From contig JAZAMN010000031.1 in NCBI GenBank assembly GCA_036229005.1, positions 128,001-192,000 on the forward strand: a stretch of 64,000 nt of DNA, read 5' to 3'. The notes under the pieces are model-generated. The model was not told where the DNA came from, ran no database searches, and saw only the letters and a program-made list of their open reading frames with translations. This document shows positions 29,110 to 39,094 of the stretch, in pieces. The stretch is from Myxococcota bacterium (GTDB taxonomy: Bacteria > Myxococcota_A > UBA796 > CAJQPC01). A program made the translations under genes and the position numbers. The first letter of the stretch is position 1. Every line of letters starts with the position of its first letter.

Positions 29110-29634
29110 ATGTTTCTCACCCTGCTGATGTCCACCGCCCACGCCACCGTCGGCGCCGACATTGAGCTCCGCGTGCTCGGCTACGAGCCCGTCGACCAGA
29201 AGGTCTACCTGCTGGAGTCCGGCGGGGAGCGCGAGCGCCTGCTCTTCCGCAGCCCCGAGAGCCCCGACTGGGTCTGGGCCCAGAGCTGGAGCGGCCTGGA
29301 CGACGCGGTCTTCTACGAGCGCTTGGTGTCGCTCCAGGCCCGCTTGGAGCCCCTGGCCGAGGCGGACCTCAGTGGCCTCGCTGTCACCGAGATCCACACT
29401 GCGCAGGTCCCCTGCCCCCAGGTGCCCGAGGGGTGGGGCTGCCAGGCCTGGAGCATGCAGGTCCACCTCTCCCTGGGCTCCCGTCAGACCCAGTGGACGC
29501 AGGTCAGCAAGGGCCGCTCCGGGGTGGTCGGCGGCTGGTCGCTGCCCACCGGCGAGCTGCTGGTGATGTACCGGCATCTCGGTTTGATGTACGAGGGCGG
29601 CTACTTTGTGGATCGGGCCGCGCTGCTCAAGTGA
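29110..29634 (+). CDS. Hypothetical secreted protein
   Basis: AGGAGG SD; short signal MFLTLLMSTAHA. Confidence 0.7.
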   Translation: MFLTLLMSTAHATVGADIELRVLGYEPVDQKVYLLESGGERERLLFRSPESPDWVWAQSWSGLDDAVFYERLVSLQARLEPLAEADLSGLAVTEIHTAQVPCPQVPEGWGCQAWSMQVHLSLGSRQTQWTQVSKGRSGVVGGWSLPTGELLVMYRHLGLMYEGGYFVDRAALLK

Positions 29635-29672
29635 CAGGGGCCTTGCCCCCTCACCCCGCTTCAAGCTATTCT

Positions 29673-29698
29673 CTTGACAAGTCAACCCCGCTGTCAAG
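29673..29698. promoter_or_regulatory. Nested inverted repeats upstream of the ParA-family gene (putative operator)
   Basis: CTTGACA-N12-TGTCAAG containing TTGAC-AA-GTCAA; includes a TTGACA -35 hexamer. Confidence 0.55.
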
Positions 29699-29708
29699 GG
29701 ACTCCCCC

Positions 29709-30572
29709 ATGCGCAAGCTCCTCCGCTCCGGTCTGCGCCGCATCGTCGGCGAGGAGACCGCCCCCAAGCGCCCCACCCGGGCCAAGGGCCAGCGCCAGGC
29801 GATGGTCCTGGCTGTGGCCGCCCAGAAGGGTGGCGTCGGCAAGACCACCACCTCCGTCAACCTGGCCGCCGCCATCGCCCGATTCCACGGCAAGCGCGTG
29901 CTGCTGGTCGACCTGGATCCCCAGGGGCACGTCAACACCGCCCTCTCCGACATGGTCCGTGTGGGCGGCGGCTGCCTGAGCGACGCCCTGCTCTCCGAGG
30001 GCGCCATGGAGGTCATGGACGTCGCCACCGCCACCAGCCTCCCCGGCCTGGACGTCACCCCCGTCGACGCCTCCCTGGGCCACACCGAGGACCTGCTGGG
30101 CACCCGCATCGGCAAGGAGTTCGTGCTCCGCGACGCCCTGGCGACCACGCGCACCTGGTACGACCTCATCGTCATCGACTGCCCCCCCAACCTGGGCAAC
30201 CTGACCCTCAACGGGCTGGTCGCCGCCGACCAGGTGCTCATCCCCTGCGACCCCTCGCCCCTGGCCCTGTCCGGCGTGGACAAGCTGGTCGACGCCATCA
30301 CCCAGGTCGCCGCCCGGCTGAACCCCGAGATCGACGTCTCCGGCGTGCTCCTGACCCGCGTCGACGGCCGCAACACCACCCTGAACAACGCGGTCATCGA
30401 GCAGATCCACCAGACCTACGACGACGCGCTGCTGCCCGTGCAGATCGGGATCAACAACGCGCTCGCCAAGGCCCAGCACGCCGGCCAGGACATCTTCTCC
30501 TTCGACCAGAGCTCCCGCGGCGCGCAGCACTACAAGGCCCTGGCCGACCACTTCGTGGATCAGCTCCAGTAG
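29709..30572 (+). CDS. ParA/Soj family ATPase, no parB in the window
   Basis: Deviant Walker A KGGVGKTT, DLDPQG, IDCPPNLG. Confidence 0.93.
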   Translation: MRKLLRSGLRRIVGEETAPKRPTRAKGQRQAMVLAVAAQKGGVGKTTTSVNLAAAIARFHGKRVLLVDLDPQGHVNTALSDMVRVGGGCLSDALLSEGAMEVMDVATATSLPGLDVTPVDASLGHTEDLLGTRIGKEFVLRDALATTRTWYDLIVIDCPPNLGNLTLNGLVAADQVLIPCDPSPLALSGVDKLVDAITQVAARLNPEIDVSGVLLTRVDGRNTTLNNAVIEQIHQTYDDALLPVQIGINNALAKAQHAGQDIFSFDQSSRGAQHYKALADHFVDQLQ

Positions 30573-30592
30573 CGCCCAGCCTGACCTCGCTG

Positions 30593-31552
30593 GTGGGAGA
30601 CCGTCCCGACAGAGCCCTCCCCAAGCTGGCGTTGGTCAGCGGTGGGGCCGGGTTTGTTGGGCATCAGGTCGTCCTCGCCCTCCACCGAGAAGGCGTCCGC
30701 GTCCGCGTGTTGGATCCGGCGCCAGCACACCCGGACTGGCCCCCCGGCGTCGAGCACGTCCGCGGCGATCTCTTGGACCCAAAGGTCCTCCACGAGGCCG
30801 CCAAGGGGGTCGAGGGGATCTTTCATGTCGCGGGCATCTGGGACCACCGCCCGGGCGGTCATGCCCGCATGCACGCTCTGAACGTGGGCGGCAGCGAGGT
30901 CATGCTGGCGCTGGGCATCCCCACGCTCTGCACCAGCTCCTCCATCACCTGCGGCTTTGGCCCCCTCCACAACCCTGGACACGAAGACCAGCCCAGCGAG
31001 GACCCCGCCAACCCCATCCGCGGCACCGGCAAGGTCTACCGACAGACCAAGCTGGCCATCGAGGCCCTGGCCCGCGACCACGGCGCGCTGCTGGTGAACC
31101 CCGACTACGTGGTGGGCCCCGGGGACCTGCACGGGGTGGTGACCGGCCCGCTGCTCCGGGCCTCCAGGATGCCCCTGATTCCGGCCCCGCGCGGCGGCAA
31201 GTGCTTTGTGTCGGCGCGGGACGTGGGCATCGGGCACGTGCTGGCGTGGCGGCACGGACAGCCCGGCCGCAAGTACCTGCTGGGCAGCGAGAACCTGCCC
31301 TATCTGGATGTCCTCCGCACCCTGGCCGAGCTCCAGGGGCGTCGCCTCCGCACCCTGCGCCTGCCCCGACGCCTGCCCGGCCTGCTCTCCCACCTGCCCG
31401 TCATCGGCGGGACCGCAGGGGCCATCGAGCAGATGAACCTGGCGCGCTACCGCAGCAACCAGCGGGCGCGAGAGGAGCTGGGCTTTGCCCCCGAGCCGGT
31501 GATCGGCGCGCTGCGGGCGATGGTGGCGGAGGACCGGGCGATCCGGCGCTGA
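30593..31552 (+). CDS. NAD-dependent epimerase/dehydratase
   Basis: SGGAGFVG, FHVAG, YRQTK, NPDYVVGPGD. Confidence 0.88.
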   Translation: MGDRPDRALPKLALVSGGAGFVGHQVVLALHREGVRVRVLDPAPAHPDWPPGVEHVRGDLLDPKVLHEAAKGVEGIFHVAGIWDHRPGGHARMHALNVGGSEVMLALGIPTLCTSSSITCGFGPLHNPGHEDQPSEDPANPIRGTGKVYRQTKLAIEALARDHGALLVNPDYVVGPGDLHGVVTGPLLRASRMPLIPAPRGGKCFVSARDVGIGHVLAWRHGQPGRKYLLGSENLPYLDVLRTLAELQGRRLRTLRLPRRLPGLLSHLPVIGGTAGAIEQMNLARYRSNQRAREELGFAPEPVIGALRAMVAEDRAIRR

Positions 31553-31666
31553 CCCAGCGGGGACACTGGCGGGGGCCCTACAGATTTTCTCGCTCAGATT
31601 CCGCGCCGCGCAACGGAGCCGCCGGCTGACACGTGGGAGGGGTGCACACAGACTGGAGGTGCACCC

Positions 31667-32821
31667 ATGGCCCGGGCCTTTGACTCCTGGCGCGCGCTCT
31701 CGCTCTCTCTCTACATGGTCCTGACCGGCTACGCGGTCCTGGTCGGAATCCCCGTCGTCAGCGCCGCCTGGGTGGGCAAGCTGGGCTTCACCGAGGCCCA
31801 GGTCGGACAGCTCGCGGCGGCTGATCTGGGCGGCCTGTCCCTGGGGGCCGTGCTCTGCGCCTGGGTGCTGCCCAAGGTCAACCGCCGCCACGTCGTCCTG
31901 GGCGCCGCGGCGCTCGCAGTCGGCGCGAACCTGGCCTGCATGGCCACCCAGGACTTCGGCCCGGTGCTCGCCCTCCGCGCCACCGCCGGCGTCGCGTCCG
32001 GTGCCTACACCGCCATCGCGGTCGCAGCGCTGGGGGCCACCTCCCGCCCGGAGCGGACCTACGCCTGGGTGCTCTTCGCCTTCGCCCTCGCGCAGGCCCT
32101 GGAGCTGTCCCTGCTGCCGATGCTCTCCATGAACGGCATCTACCTGGCGCTCGCCCTCGGCTTCGCTGGGGCGCTCCCCTTCTTCCACTGGATGCCGTCC
32201 CACGCCGAGCCGCAGCCAGACAGCCAGGCCGCCCACCCGGCCCTCCCCAAGTGGGTCCCCTGGCTCGTCATGGCCGCGGTGCTGTTCAGCTACGTGAACA
32301 TCGGCACCTACTGGACCTACATCGAGCTGGCCGCACAAGACGCGGCCCTGCCCAGCGGCTGGATCCGCGGGGTCCTGATCGGGGCCTCGGCCGCCTCCCT
32401 GCTGGGCTGCCTGGTCTCCACCACCCTCAGCCGCCGGCTGGGCCTCGGGCGCGCCATCCGCTGGACCCTGGCCGCGCAGGCCGCGGTCGTGCTGCTCTTG
32501 GTCGGGGGCCTACAGACCGGCCGCTTCCTCGCCAGCGTCAGCGCGTTCAGCGCCCTGTGGATGCTCTCGGACATCTTCCAGCTCTCCGGCATCGCCCGCA
32601 TCGACGCCAGCGGGCGGCTCGCCGCGCTGATCCCCGGCGCCCAGGGGCTGGGGCAGATCCTGGGCCCCAGCAGCGCCGCCGCCCTCCTGGGCTCCGGGGC
32701 GGGCTACCGCGGCGTCTTCGCCCTGGCCGCCGCAGCCTCCGGCGTCGCGCTGGCGCTGCACCTCTTCCTCCACTGGACCCGCGCCGCCGACCGGGCGCTG
32801 GCCACCGATGACCTTTCCTGA
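31667..32821 (+). CDS. MFS transporter
   Basis: About 12 hydrophobic segments; GGAGGT SD. Confidence 0.85.
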   Translation: MARAFDSWRALSLSLYMVLTGYAVLVGIPVVSAAWVGKLGFTEAQVGQLAAADLGGLSLGAVLCAWVLPKVNRRHVVLGAAALAVGANLACMATQDFGPVLALRATAGVASGAYTAIAVAALGATSRPERTYAWVLFAFALAQALELSLLPMLSMNGIYLALALGFAGALPFFHWMPSHAEPQPDSQAAHPALPKWVPWLVMAAVLFSYVNIGTYWTYIELAAQDAALPSGWIRGVLIGASAASLLGCLVSTTLSRRLGLGRAIRWTLAAQAAVVLLLVGGLQTGRFLASVSAFSALWMLSDIFQLSGIARIDASGRLAALIPGAQGLGQILGPSSAAALLGSGAGYRGVFALAAAASGVALALHLFLHWTRAADRALATDDLS

Positions 32822-32834
32822 CTCTGGAGCGACC

Positions 32835-33509
32835 ATGTCCGCTACCGCACGCCGCGTGTTCCCCCCCGCCCCCACCACCCCCAGAGCCCTGCTCCTGCGG
32901 GCGCACCCCCTGCCCGACAGCTTCAACTCCGCCCTGGCGGACGCCTGGCAGGCCGGCGCCGAGTCCGCGGGCGCGACCGTCCAGACCCTGGATGTCCACG
33001 AGCTGCGCTTCGACCCGGCGCTGTTGATGGCCCACCGCGAGTCCATGCCCTTGGAGCCCGACCTCCAGCGCGTCCAGCGCGAGCTCGCGGCCTGCGCCCA
33101 CCTGACCATCGCCTACCCGGTCTGGTGGGGGAGCACGCCCGCCCTGCTCAAGGGCCTGTTCGACCGGGTGCTGCAGCCCGGGTGGGCCTACGCGATGGGC
33201 GCCGGCGTGTTCCCCGACAAGGGCCTCTCCGGGCGCACCGGCCGCCTGCTGGTCACCATGGACACCCCCGGCTGGTACGCCAGCCTGGTCTACGGCGCGT
33301 CCGCCCGAAAGCAGGTCCAGCGCGCGACGCTCCACTTTGTGGGCATCGCCCCCACGCGGGTGGATCTCTTCGCCCCCATCGAGAAGACCACCCCCGCCCA
33401 GCGCGACAAGATGCTCAAGCAGGCCCAGGCGGCCGGGCGAAAGGACGGCGCGCGCCTGCTTGCGCGCTTCCCCGGACAGCGGCAGGCTCTGGGCTCCAAT
33501 GACTGTTGA
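32835..33509 (+). CDS. NAD(P)H-dependent oxidoreductase, flavodoxin-like fold
   Basis: AHPLPDSFN, YPVWWGSTPALLKGLFDRV, TMDTP; GGAG SD before ATG 32835. Confidence 0.9.
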   Translation: MSATARRVFPPAPTTPRALLLRAHPLPDSFNSALADAWQAGAESAGATVQTLDVHELRFDPALLMAHRESMPLEPDLQRVQRELAACAHLTIAYPVWWGSTPALLKGLFDRVLQPGWAYAMGAGVFPDKGLSGRTGRLLVTMDTPGWYASLVYGASARKQVQRATLHFVGIAPTRVDLFAPIEKTTPAQRDKMLKQAQAAGRKDGARLLARFPGQRQALGSNDC

Positions 33510-34389
33510 AGACCACGAACTGGAGCCCCACCGCCCCACCCTGGAGGCCCTGGCCTTCCGGATGCTCGGGTCCGCAAGCGAGGCAGAAGAGGTGGTCCAA
33601 GAGGCCTTCATCCGAGCCCTCCTGCAGCCCCCGGTCCTGGACGGTCGCCCCCTGCGCTCCTGGCTGGTGCGGGTGACCTGCAACCTGGCCCGCGACCACC
33701 TCCGCAAGCGCAAGGTCCGGGCCTACCACGGCCCCTGGCTGCCCGAGCCCGTGCGCTCCCCGCCCAGCGACCCCACCCTGGACGCCGAATCCCAGCTCCG
33801 CCTGTCAGAGACGGCCACCCTGGCCTGGCTGGTCGCCGCCGAAGCCCTCACCCCCGAACAGCGCGCGGTCTTCCTGCTCCGCGAGGTCCTGGAGTGGGAG
33901 GTGCAGGAGGTCGGCCAGGCCCTGGAGCGCTCCCCCGGCGCCGTCCGCAGCCTGCACCTGCGCGCCCGCAGAGCGCTCGTGGACGCCCCCATCCCCAGCC
34001 CGGACCCCTCCACCCTGCGCGCCCACCGCCGCGCCCTCCACGCCATGCTCACCGCGCTGGCCAGCCGAGACCTCGGGGCGGTCCAGGCGCTGATGACCCC
34101 CGACGTCACTCTGCTGTGCGACGGGGGTGGAGAGGTCTACGCCGCCGGCAAGGCCCTGCGCGGCGCGGAGCGGGTGGCCCGGGTCCTGCTGAACCTCAGC
34201 GCGGCGTCCATCCAGCTCGACATCGAACACATCAACGGCCTCCCCGCCGTGGTCGAGCGCTCTCCCCCCCAGCCCGGCTGGCCCAGCGTGAGCGTGACCG
34301 CCATCGCCCTGGGACCGGATGGCCGGATCTGCGCGCTCTACAACGTCGTCGCCCCCTCCAAGCTCCGCGGCTTCACCGCCAAGCCCTGA
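33499..34389 (+). CDS. ECF sigma factor of ECF41/SigJ type with SnoaL-like C-terminal extension
   Basis: GPWLPEP linker motif, CDGGG motif in the extension, regions 2 and 4; adjacent oxidoreductase gene is typical of the group. Confidence 0.9.
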   Translation: MTVEDHELEPHRPTLEALAFRMLGSASEAEEVVQEAFIRALLQPPVLDGRPLRSWLVRVTCNLARDHLRKRKVRAYHGPWLPEPVRSPPSDPTLDAESQLRLSETATLAWLVAAEALTPEQRAVFLLREVLEWEVQEVGQALERSPGAVRSLHLRARRALVDAPIPSPDPSTLRAHRRALHAMLTALASRDLGAVQALMTPDVTLLCDGGGEVYAAGKALRGAERVARVLLNLSAASIQLDIEHINGLPAVVERSPPQPGWPSVSVTAIALGPDGRICALYNVVAPSKLRGFTAKP

Positions 34390-34403
34390 GCTGGATCACC
34401 CCC

Positions 34404-34427
34404 CTCCCCCTGCGCCCACAGGGGGAG
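34404..34427. terminator. GC-rich hairpin after the ECF41 gene
   Basis: CTCCCCCTG-cgccca-CAGGGGGAG; no U-tract. Confidence 0.4.
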
Positions 34428-34466
34428 GTCCCCAGGGCGATACCTTGACCCACCCCTGGAGCGCCC

Positions 34467-35324
34467 ATGTCCGAGCAGATTCAGCCCCCCGTCTACACCA
34501 AGTCCGGCAAGCTGGCCAAGCGCTACTACGAGGCCGAGCTGGCCCGCCTCCAGGAGGAGCTCGTGCGGCTCCAGTACTGGGTCAAGGCCACCGGCAAGCG
34601 CGTGGTCATCGTGTTCGAGGGCCGGGACGCCGCCGGCAAGGGCGGCACCATCAAGCGCATCACCGAGCGCCTGAACCCCCGCGGCGCCACCGTCGTCGCC
34701 CTGGGCGTGCCCACCGAGCGGGAGAAGACCCAGTGGTACTTCCAGCGCTACGTGCAGCACCTGCCTGCGGCCGGCGAGATCGTGCTCTTTGACCGGTCCT
34801 GGTACAACCGCGCGGGCGTCGAGAAGGTCATGGGCTTCTGCACCGACGCCCAGTACCAGCAGTTCATGCGGAGCTGCCCGCAGTTCGAGCGCATGCTGGT
34901 CCGGGACGGCATCACCCTGATCAAGTACTGGTTCTCCGTGTCCTCGCAGGAGCAGGAGCGCCGCTTCCAGAGCCGCATCCACAACCCCCTCAAGCGGTGG
35001 AAGATCAGCCCCATGGACCTCGAAGCCCGCAGCCGCTGGTCCGAGTACTCCCAGGCCAAGGACGCGATGTTCGAGCACACCGACATCAAGCAGGCCCCCT
35101 GGTTCGTGGTGCCCAGCGACGACAAGAAGCGCGCCCGCCTCAACTGCATCAACCACCTGCTCTCGCAGTTCGAGTACCAGGACCTGATGCCCGGCCCCAT
35201 CGCGCTCCCCGCCCGCACCGAGGACATCGGCTACGTGCGCCCGCCCTTGGACGAGCAGACCTTCGTGCCCGATGTCTACGGGCCGCCCGCAGGCAGTGAC
35301 ACGCCAGAAACCCCCGAAGCCTGA
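34467..35324 (+). CDS. ppk2: Polyphosphate kinase 2, single domain
   Basis: FEGRDAAGKGGTIK, FDRSWYNRAGVE, SDDKKRARLN. Confidence 0.96.
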   Translation: MSEQIQPPVYTKSGKLAKRYYEAELARLQEELVRLQYWVKATGKRVVIVFEGRDAAGKGGTIKRITERLNPRGATVVALGVPTEREKTQWYFQRYVQHLPAAGEIVLFDRSWYNRAGVEKVMGFCTDAQYQQFMRSCPQFERMLVRDGITLIKYWFSVSSQEQERRFQSRIHNPLKRWKISPMDLEARSRWSEYSQAKDAMFEHTDIKQAPWFVVPSDDKKRARLNCINHLLSQFEYQDLMPGPIALPARTEDIGYVRPPLDEQTFVPDVYGPPAGSDTPETPEA

Positions 35325-35409
35325 TCGCTTCGTTCTGCCGGGCAGAAGTTCCAAACAGGCCCGTCCGGCAGAACCCGGGCCCGAGTGTCGGAACTCATGC
35401 TTCGGAGAA

Positions 35410-35745
35410 CTACCCGTCGCACCGCTCGACGGACAGGTCCTGCTCGGCGCCCTCGCAAGACAGCGCCACCGTGGTGATGTCCCCCTGACAGCCCGGGGTG
35501 CTCTCCGACCACAGGGTCCACGAGCCGGGGGCCAAGGTCATCGTGTAGTGCCCCTCTCCATCCGCGACGGCCTGCAGTGGGGTCTGCTCCCTCTGCTGCG
35601 CGAACACCGCCGCGCTCCCCAAGGTGGCCGTGCCCAGGTCGACATACACCGTCCCGGAGACCTCCGCGTTGGGGCAGCCGCTGTCCGCGGAGCGTGAATC
35701 GGGGGACCCGCCGGCGCAGGCCAGCAACAGAAGTACGACAGTCAT
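35410..35745 (-). CDS. Small lipoprotein with carboxypeptidase-regulatory-like beta-sandwich
   Basis: MTVVLLLLAC; ADGEGHYTMTLAPGSWTL. Confidence 0.65.
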   Translation of the reverse strand: MTVVLLLLACAGGSPDSRSADSGCPNAEVSGTVYVDLGTATLGSAAVFAQQREQTPLQAVADGEGHYTMTLAPGSWTLWSESTPGCQGDITTVALSCEGAEQDLSVERCDG

Positions 35746-35800
35746 GCCCTGGTTTTACCCCACGGGCGGGCGGGGTATCTTGCACCCAACGGAGAACGTG

Positions 35801-36187
35801 ATGCCCCTGCAGCGCCTGTTGACCCCCTTGCTCAGCCTGTGGCTCCTGGCCGCCTTCGTGTTCACCCCGGTGGCCCGCGCCCAGGCCGTCGCCGGGAGCA
35901 CCTCCGTCCAGTCTGTCCCCGCACAGACTCTCCCCGCGCAGCCCGCCAATGGCGCCGCCCTGCGCCTGAGCGAACACAGCGCGCCCGTCCCCGAGTCCAC
36001 CGCCCTGCTGGCCTCCGCGCCCGTCTACGAAGAGTCCCCCGGCGTCCCCGGCGGCGTGGGCATGCCGGGTGACCGCGTCGGCTCCGACATCCTGCTCGTG
36101 AGCCTCGCGGCCTTCGCGGGCGCCTTCCTGGGCGGCTTCACGGCGGGCACGATCTGCTGCGCCGTCTTCTTCGTGTACTACTACTGA
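35801..36187 (+). CDS. Hypothetical membrane protein
   Basis: GGAG SD; signal peptide and C-terminal TM segment. Confidence 0.6.
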   Translation: MPLQRLLTPLLSLWLLAAFVFTPVARAQAVAGSTSVQSVPAQTLPAQPANGAALRLSEHSAPVPESTALLASAPVYEESPGVPGGVGMPGDRVGSDILLVSLAAFAGAFLGGFTAGTICCAVFFVYYY

Positions 36188-36195
36188 GGACGGCG

Positions 36196-37044
36196 ATGTT
36201 CTGGGTCCTGGCGGCCTTGGCCTGGCAGGCCCCCAACGCGGAGACCGGCGTCTCCCTCAGCCCCCAGTGGCAGCCCGACCAGGCCCCCGTCACCGACGCC
36301 GCGCACGCCGTGAGCTGGCCCTCTCTGGGCGTCCACCTCTGGCTTCGGCCCGTCCCCGCCCCCAAGCTCGCCCTCGGTGAACAGGCCCTGCTCGACAGCG
36401 AAGAGGCCACCCTCGCCCTCTCCCCCGACCGCCTCGCCCGGGCCATGCAGCGCGAGCGCCCAGAGCTGTCCACCCACTACATCGGCCCCTCCGAGCAGGG
36501 AGCCCACGTCGGCCGCTGGGTCTTCGAGCACCAGGACGCCCACGGCACCTGGCTGAGCTGGCAGCTCCTCTGGCAGGCCGGCTCCGGGCAGTGGTACCAG
36601 CTCCTGGCCCAGGCCCCCCGCGAGCATGCCGCCCCCGTCGCCACCCTCATGCGCCAGGTCGAGTCCCAGGTCTGGGTCAGCACGCCGCCGCCCCCCGCTC
36701 TGATGGTCAAGAAGATCCGCAGCACCTGCCCACCGGATCGCCACCTCACCCGCTCCCAGGTGCTCTCCGGCTCCTCTGCACTGCAGACCGCCAGCGAGGT
36801 GCTCGGGTCCGCGACCGACCCCACCCACAAGACCTTGGCCGAGCTGCGCCTGATGGGCCTGCTCTACCGCAACACCGAAGGCTGCCTGCGCCAGGTCTCC
36901 GAGGCCTCCCCCCTCTGCCGCGTGGTCGAGTCCCCCGCCCAGAGCCCCCAGGACCACCTGCTGGTCGAGCAGGTGCGCGCCTGCGTGGACGCCGACCCCG
37001 AGCTGCGCGCCACCCTGGAGCAGGTCGTGGAGGGGGCGAGGTGA
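36196..37044 (+). CDS. Hypothetical protein, probably exported
   Basis: GAGGA SD; operonic spacing; short hydrophobic N-terminus. Confidence 0.6.
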   Translation: MFWVLAALAWQAPNAETGVSLSPQWQPDQAPVTDAAHAVSWPSLGVHLWLRPVPAPKLALGEQALLDSEEATLALSPDRLARAMQRERPELSTHYIGPSEQGAHVGRWVFEHQDAHGTWLSWQLLWQAGSGQWYQLLAQAPREHAAPVATLMRQVESQVWVSTPPPPALMVKKIRSTCPPDRHLTRSQVLSGSSALQTASEVLGSATDPTHKTLAELRLMGLLYRNTEGCLRQVSEASPLCRVVESPAQSPQDHLLVEQVRACVDADPELRATLEQVVEGAR

Positions 37045-37526
37045 TCTGGCTGCACGCCTGGCTGTCGTGCACACCGCCTGAACCTCTGCCCCCCGGCACC
37101 CTCTCAGGCCGCCGCTTCACCAGCGAGGACATGGCGCTGCAGCTCGACTTCGGGCCCGGCTGGTCCCTGGTCACCGACCCCGCCCTCTTCCGCTCCGGGC
37201 TCCCCGCCACCCAGCTCGAGGCCCGCAACGGAGACCTCAAGGTCGCCCTCACCTTCACCCAGCTCTCCGGCCTGGCCATGCAGGGCGGCAGCGCCGTGGA
37301 CCTGCTCCACGAGCTCTCCCCCGCCCCTAATGGCACCGCCCAGGACCCCAGCTACCGCTACGGCCGCCTCCCCCGCTGCGGCGACGCCGCCTTCCGCAGC
37401 CTCCAGGAGCACCACTGGCTGGCCCGCCGCACCGACACCGGCCTGGCCATCCTCCACGCCTGGGGCGCCGACCCCGCCCCCGCCCGCGTCCTCCTCTGCG
37501 GCCCCTCCACCGGACCCACCCCGTGA
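37041..37526 (+). CDS. Hypothetical lipoprotein
   Basis: GTGA overlaps on both sides; MIWLHAWLSC. Confidence 0.55.
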   Translation: MIWLHAWLSCTPPEPLPPGTLSGRRFTSEDMALQLDFGPGWSLVTDPALFRSGLPATQLEARNGDLKVALTFTQLSGLAMQGGSAVDLLHELSPAPNGTAQDPSYRYGRLPRCGDAAFRSLQEHHWLARRTDTGLAILHAWGADPAPARVLLCGPSTGPTP

Positions 37527-39010
37527 GGGCCGCCACCGCCCTGCGCTGGGCCGCGGCCTGTATCGCCGCCGCCATGCTCCTGGCCCTGACCGAGAACGCC
37601 GCCAGCGCCCACCCCGAGCGCCTGCGCTTCTTCTGGGGCGTCGACCTGCTCGCCGCGCTCCCCCTCGCCCTCACCGCCGCGCTGCTCGGCGCCCTCCGCC
37701 CCCGCCCGCGCCCCTGGCCCTGGACCCTGGCCGCACTCAGCCTCCTCGTCGGCGCCCTGCTCAGCGGCGTGGCCGTGTTCGCCGGCGGCGTCGACAGCGG
37801 CTTGCAGACCGCCACCCAGTGGCGCCGCGCCAGCCCCCTGCCCTACCTGCGCGCCGACGATGCCCGCCCCATCGTGCTCATCAGCGTGGACACCTGGCGC
37901 CACGACAGCCTGGAGCACATGCCCCTGCTGGCCGCCCGCGCCCAACACGCCGCCCACTACACCCGCGCCCGCAGCACGGCCCCGTGGACCCTGCCCAGCA
38001 TGGCCTCGCTGGTGACCGGGCAGTCCGTGCACAGTCACGGGGCGGGTCGCAGAGCCCACGCGGTGGAGACGGGTGTGCGCAGCGGGATCCAGCCCAACCT
38101 CCCCCTGCTCGCCGAGTCCCTGCAGGACCGCGGCTACGTCACCGTCGGCGTGCTCTCGAACCCCTACCTGGGGGCCTCCCTGGGCTTCCACCGCGGCCTG
38201 GACCGCGTCAGCGACGCCACCCGCGAGGCCCTGATGCGCGACCAGCTCCGCGAGAGCCTGCTCCTGCGCGCCCTGCTGCCCCCCGTGAGCGACGACGCCG
38301 AATCCCAGGTCGACCGCGCCCTCCAGCGCTGGGGCCGCATCCACGAAGGGCAGGGCTTTCTGTGGGTGCACCTGGTCGACGCCCACGTCCCCTACGGCGG
38401 CCCGCGCGAGGGCTGCCACCTGCCCGACTGCTTCCCGAGCTGGGTCCCGGTTCGGAGGGGGGAGGCGGATCCCGACCGCGACCACATCGAGTCCCTCTAC
38501 CGCCGGGACCTCTCAGCCCTGGACGCTGCGCTCGACCGCCTGCTCACTCAAGTCCAAGGCGAGGACACGCTGGTCATCCTGGTCGGAGACCACGGCGAGG
38601 CCTTCGGCCCAGGCACCCAGGTCGAGCACGGCCACAGCTTCGCGGACCCGGTCATGCGCGTCCCCCTGCTGGTCTGGGGGCCCGGCGTGCAGCCCGGCGA
38701 GATCGGCCGCCCCGTCGACCTGCGCACGGTCCACGATGCCCTGCTGGACTACGCGGACACCGGCGCGCTGGCGGCCCTGGACCCCGGTCTCCCCGGGGTG
38801 GTCACCCCCATGGCCAGCCTGCTCTACGGACCGGAGGGCAGCGCCTGCAGCGACGGCTGGAACACCGTCCAGGACCGCGGCCAGGGCCCCGAGGCGGTGG
38901 AGGGCCAGCTCACCCCCGAGCTCGTGGGCTGCCTGCCGGGCCCCCTCCCCCTCGCCACCGGCGCTCTGGAGATCGACGCGGCGCTGCGCAGCCTGGGGTA
39001 CGTGGACTGA
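37523..39010 (+). CDS. Membrane-anchored sulfatase-like hydrolase/transferase
   Basis: ISVDTWR, PWTLPSMASLVTG, HLVDAHVPY, GDHGE, HGH and terminal LRSLGYV. Confidence 0.88.
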   Translation: MRAATALRWAAACIAAAMLLALTENAASAHPERLRFFWGVDLLAALPLALTAALLGALRPRPRPWPWTLAALSLLVGALLSGVAVFAGGVDSGLQTATQWRRASPLPYLRADDARPIVLISVDTWRHDSLEHMPLLAARAQHAAHYTRARSTAPWTLPSMASLVTGQSVHSHGAGRRAHAVETGVRSGIQPNLPLLAESLQDRGYVTVGVLSNPYLGASLGFHRGLDRVSDATREALMRDQLRESLLLRALLPPVSDDAESQVDRALQRWGRIHEGQGFLWVHLVDAHVPYGGPREGCHLPDCFPSWVPVRRGEADPDRDHIESLYRRDLSALDAALDRLLTQVQGEDTLVILVGDHGEAFGPGTQVEHGHSFADPVMRVPLLVWGPGVQPGEIGRPVDLRTVHDALLDYADTGALAALDPGLPGVVTPMASLLYGPEGSACSDGWNTVQDRGQGPEAVEGQLTPELVGCLPGPLPLATGALEIDAALRSLGYVD

Positions 39011-39029
39011 CAAGCATCACGATCTCACC

Positions 39030-39044
39030 TGCGACTGAGTTGCA
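39030..39044. promoter_or_regulatory. Fur-family (Fur/Zur/Mur-like) 7-1-7 operator
   Basis: TGCGACT-G-AGTTGCA palindrome with one mismatch in an AT-richer intergenic region before a TonB-receptor operon. Confidence 0.65.
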
Positions 39045-39094
39045 ATTACTTTGAACGACAGCTAAGTCGGATGGGCTGCCTGTGGAGGCCCTTG

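Noticed and set aside
29709..30572. Plasmid or prophage partition module
   Set aside because: No parB, rep, integrase or phage genes nearby; the context is chromosomal.
35332..35374. Inverted repeat GTTCTGCCGG/CCGGCAGAAC as an ncRNA or mobile-element end
   Set aside because: It lies between convergent genes and is adequately explained as a terminator-like hairpin.
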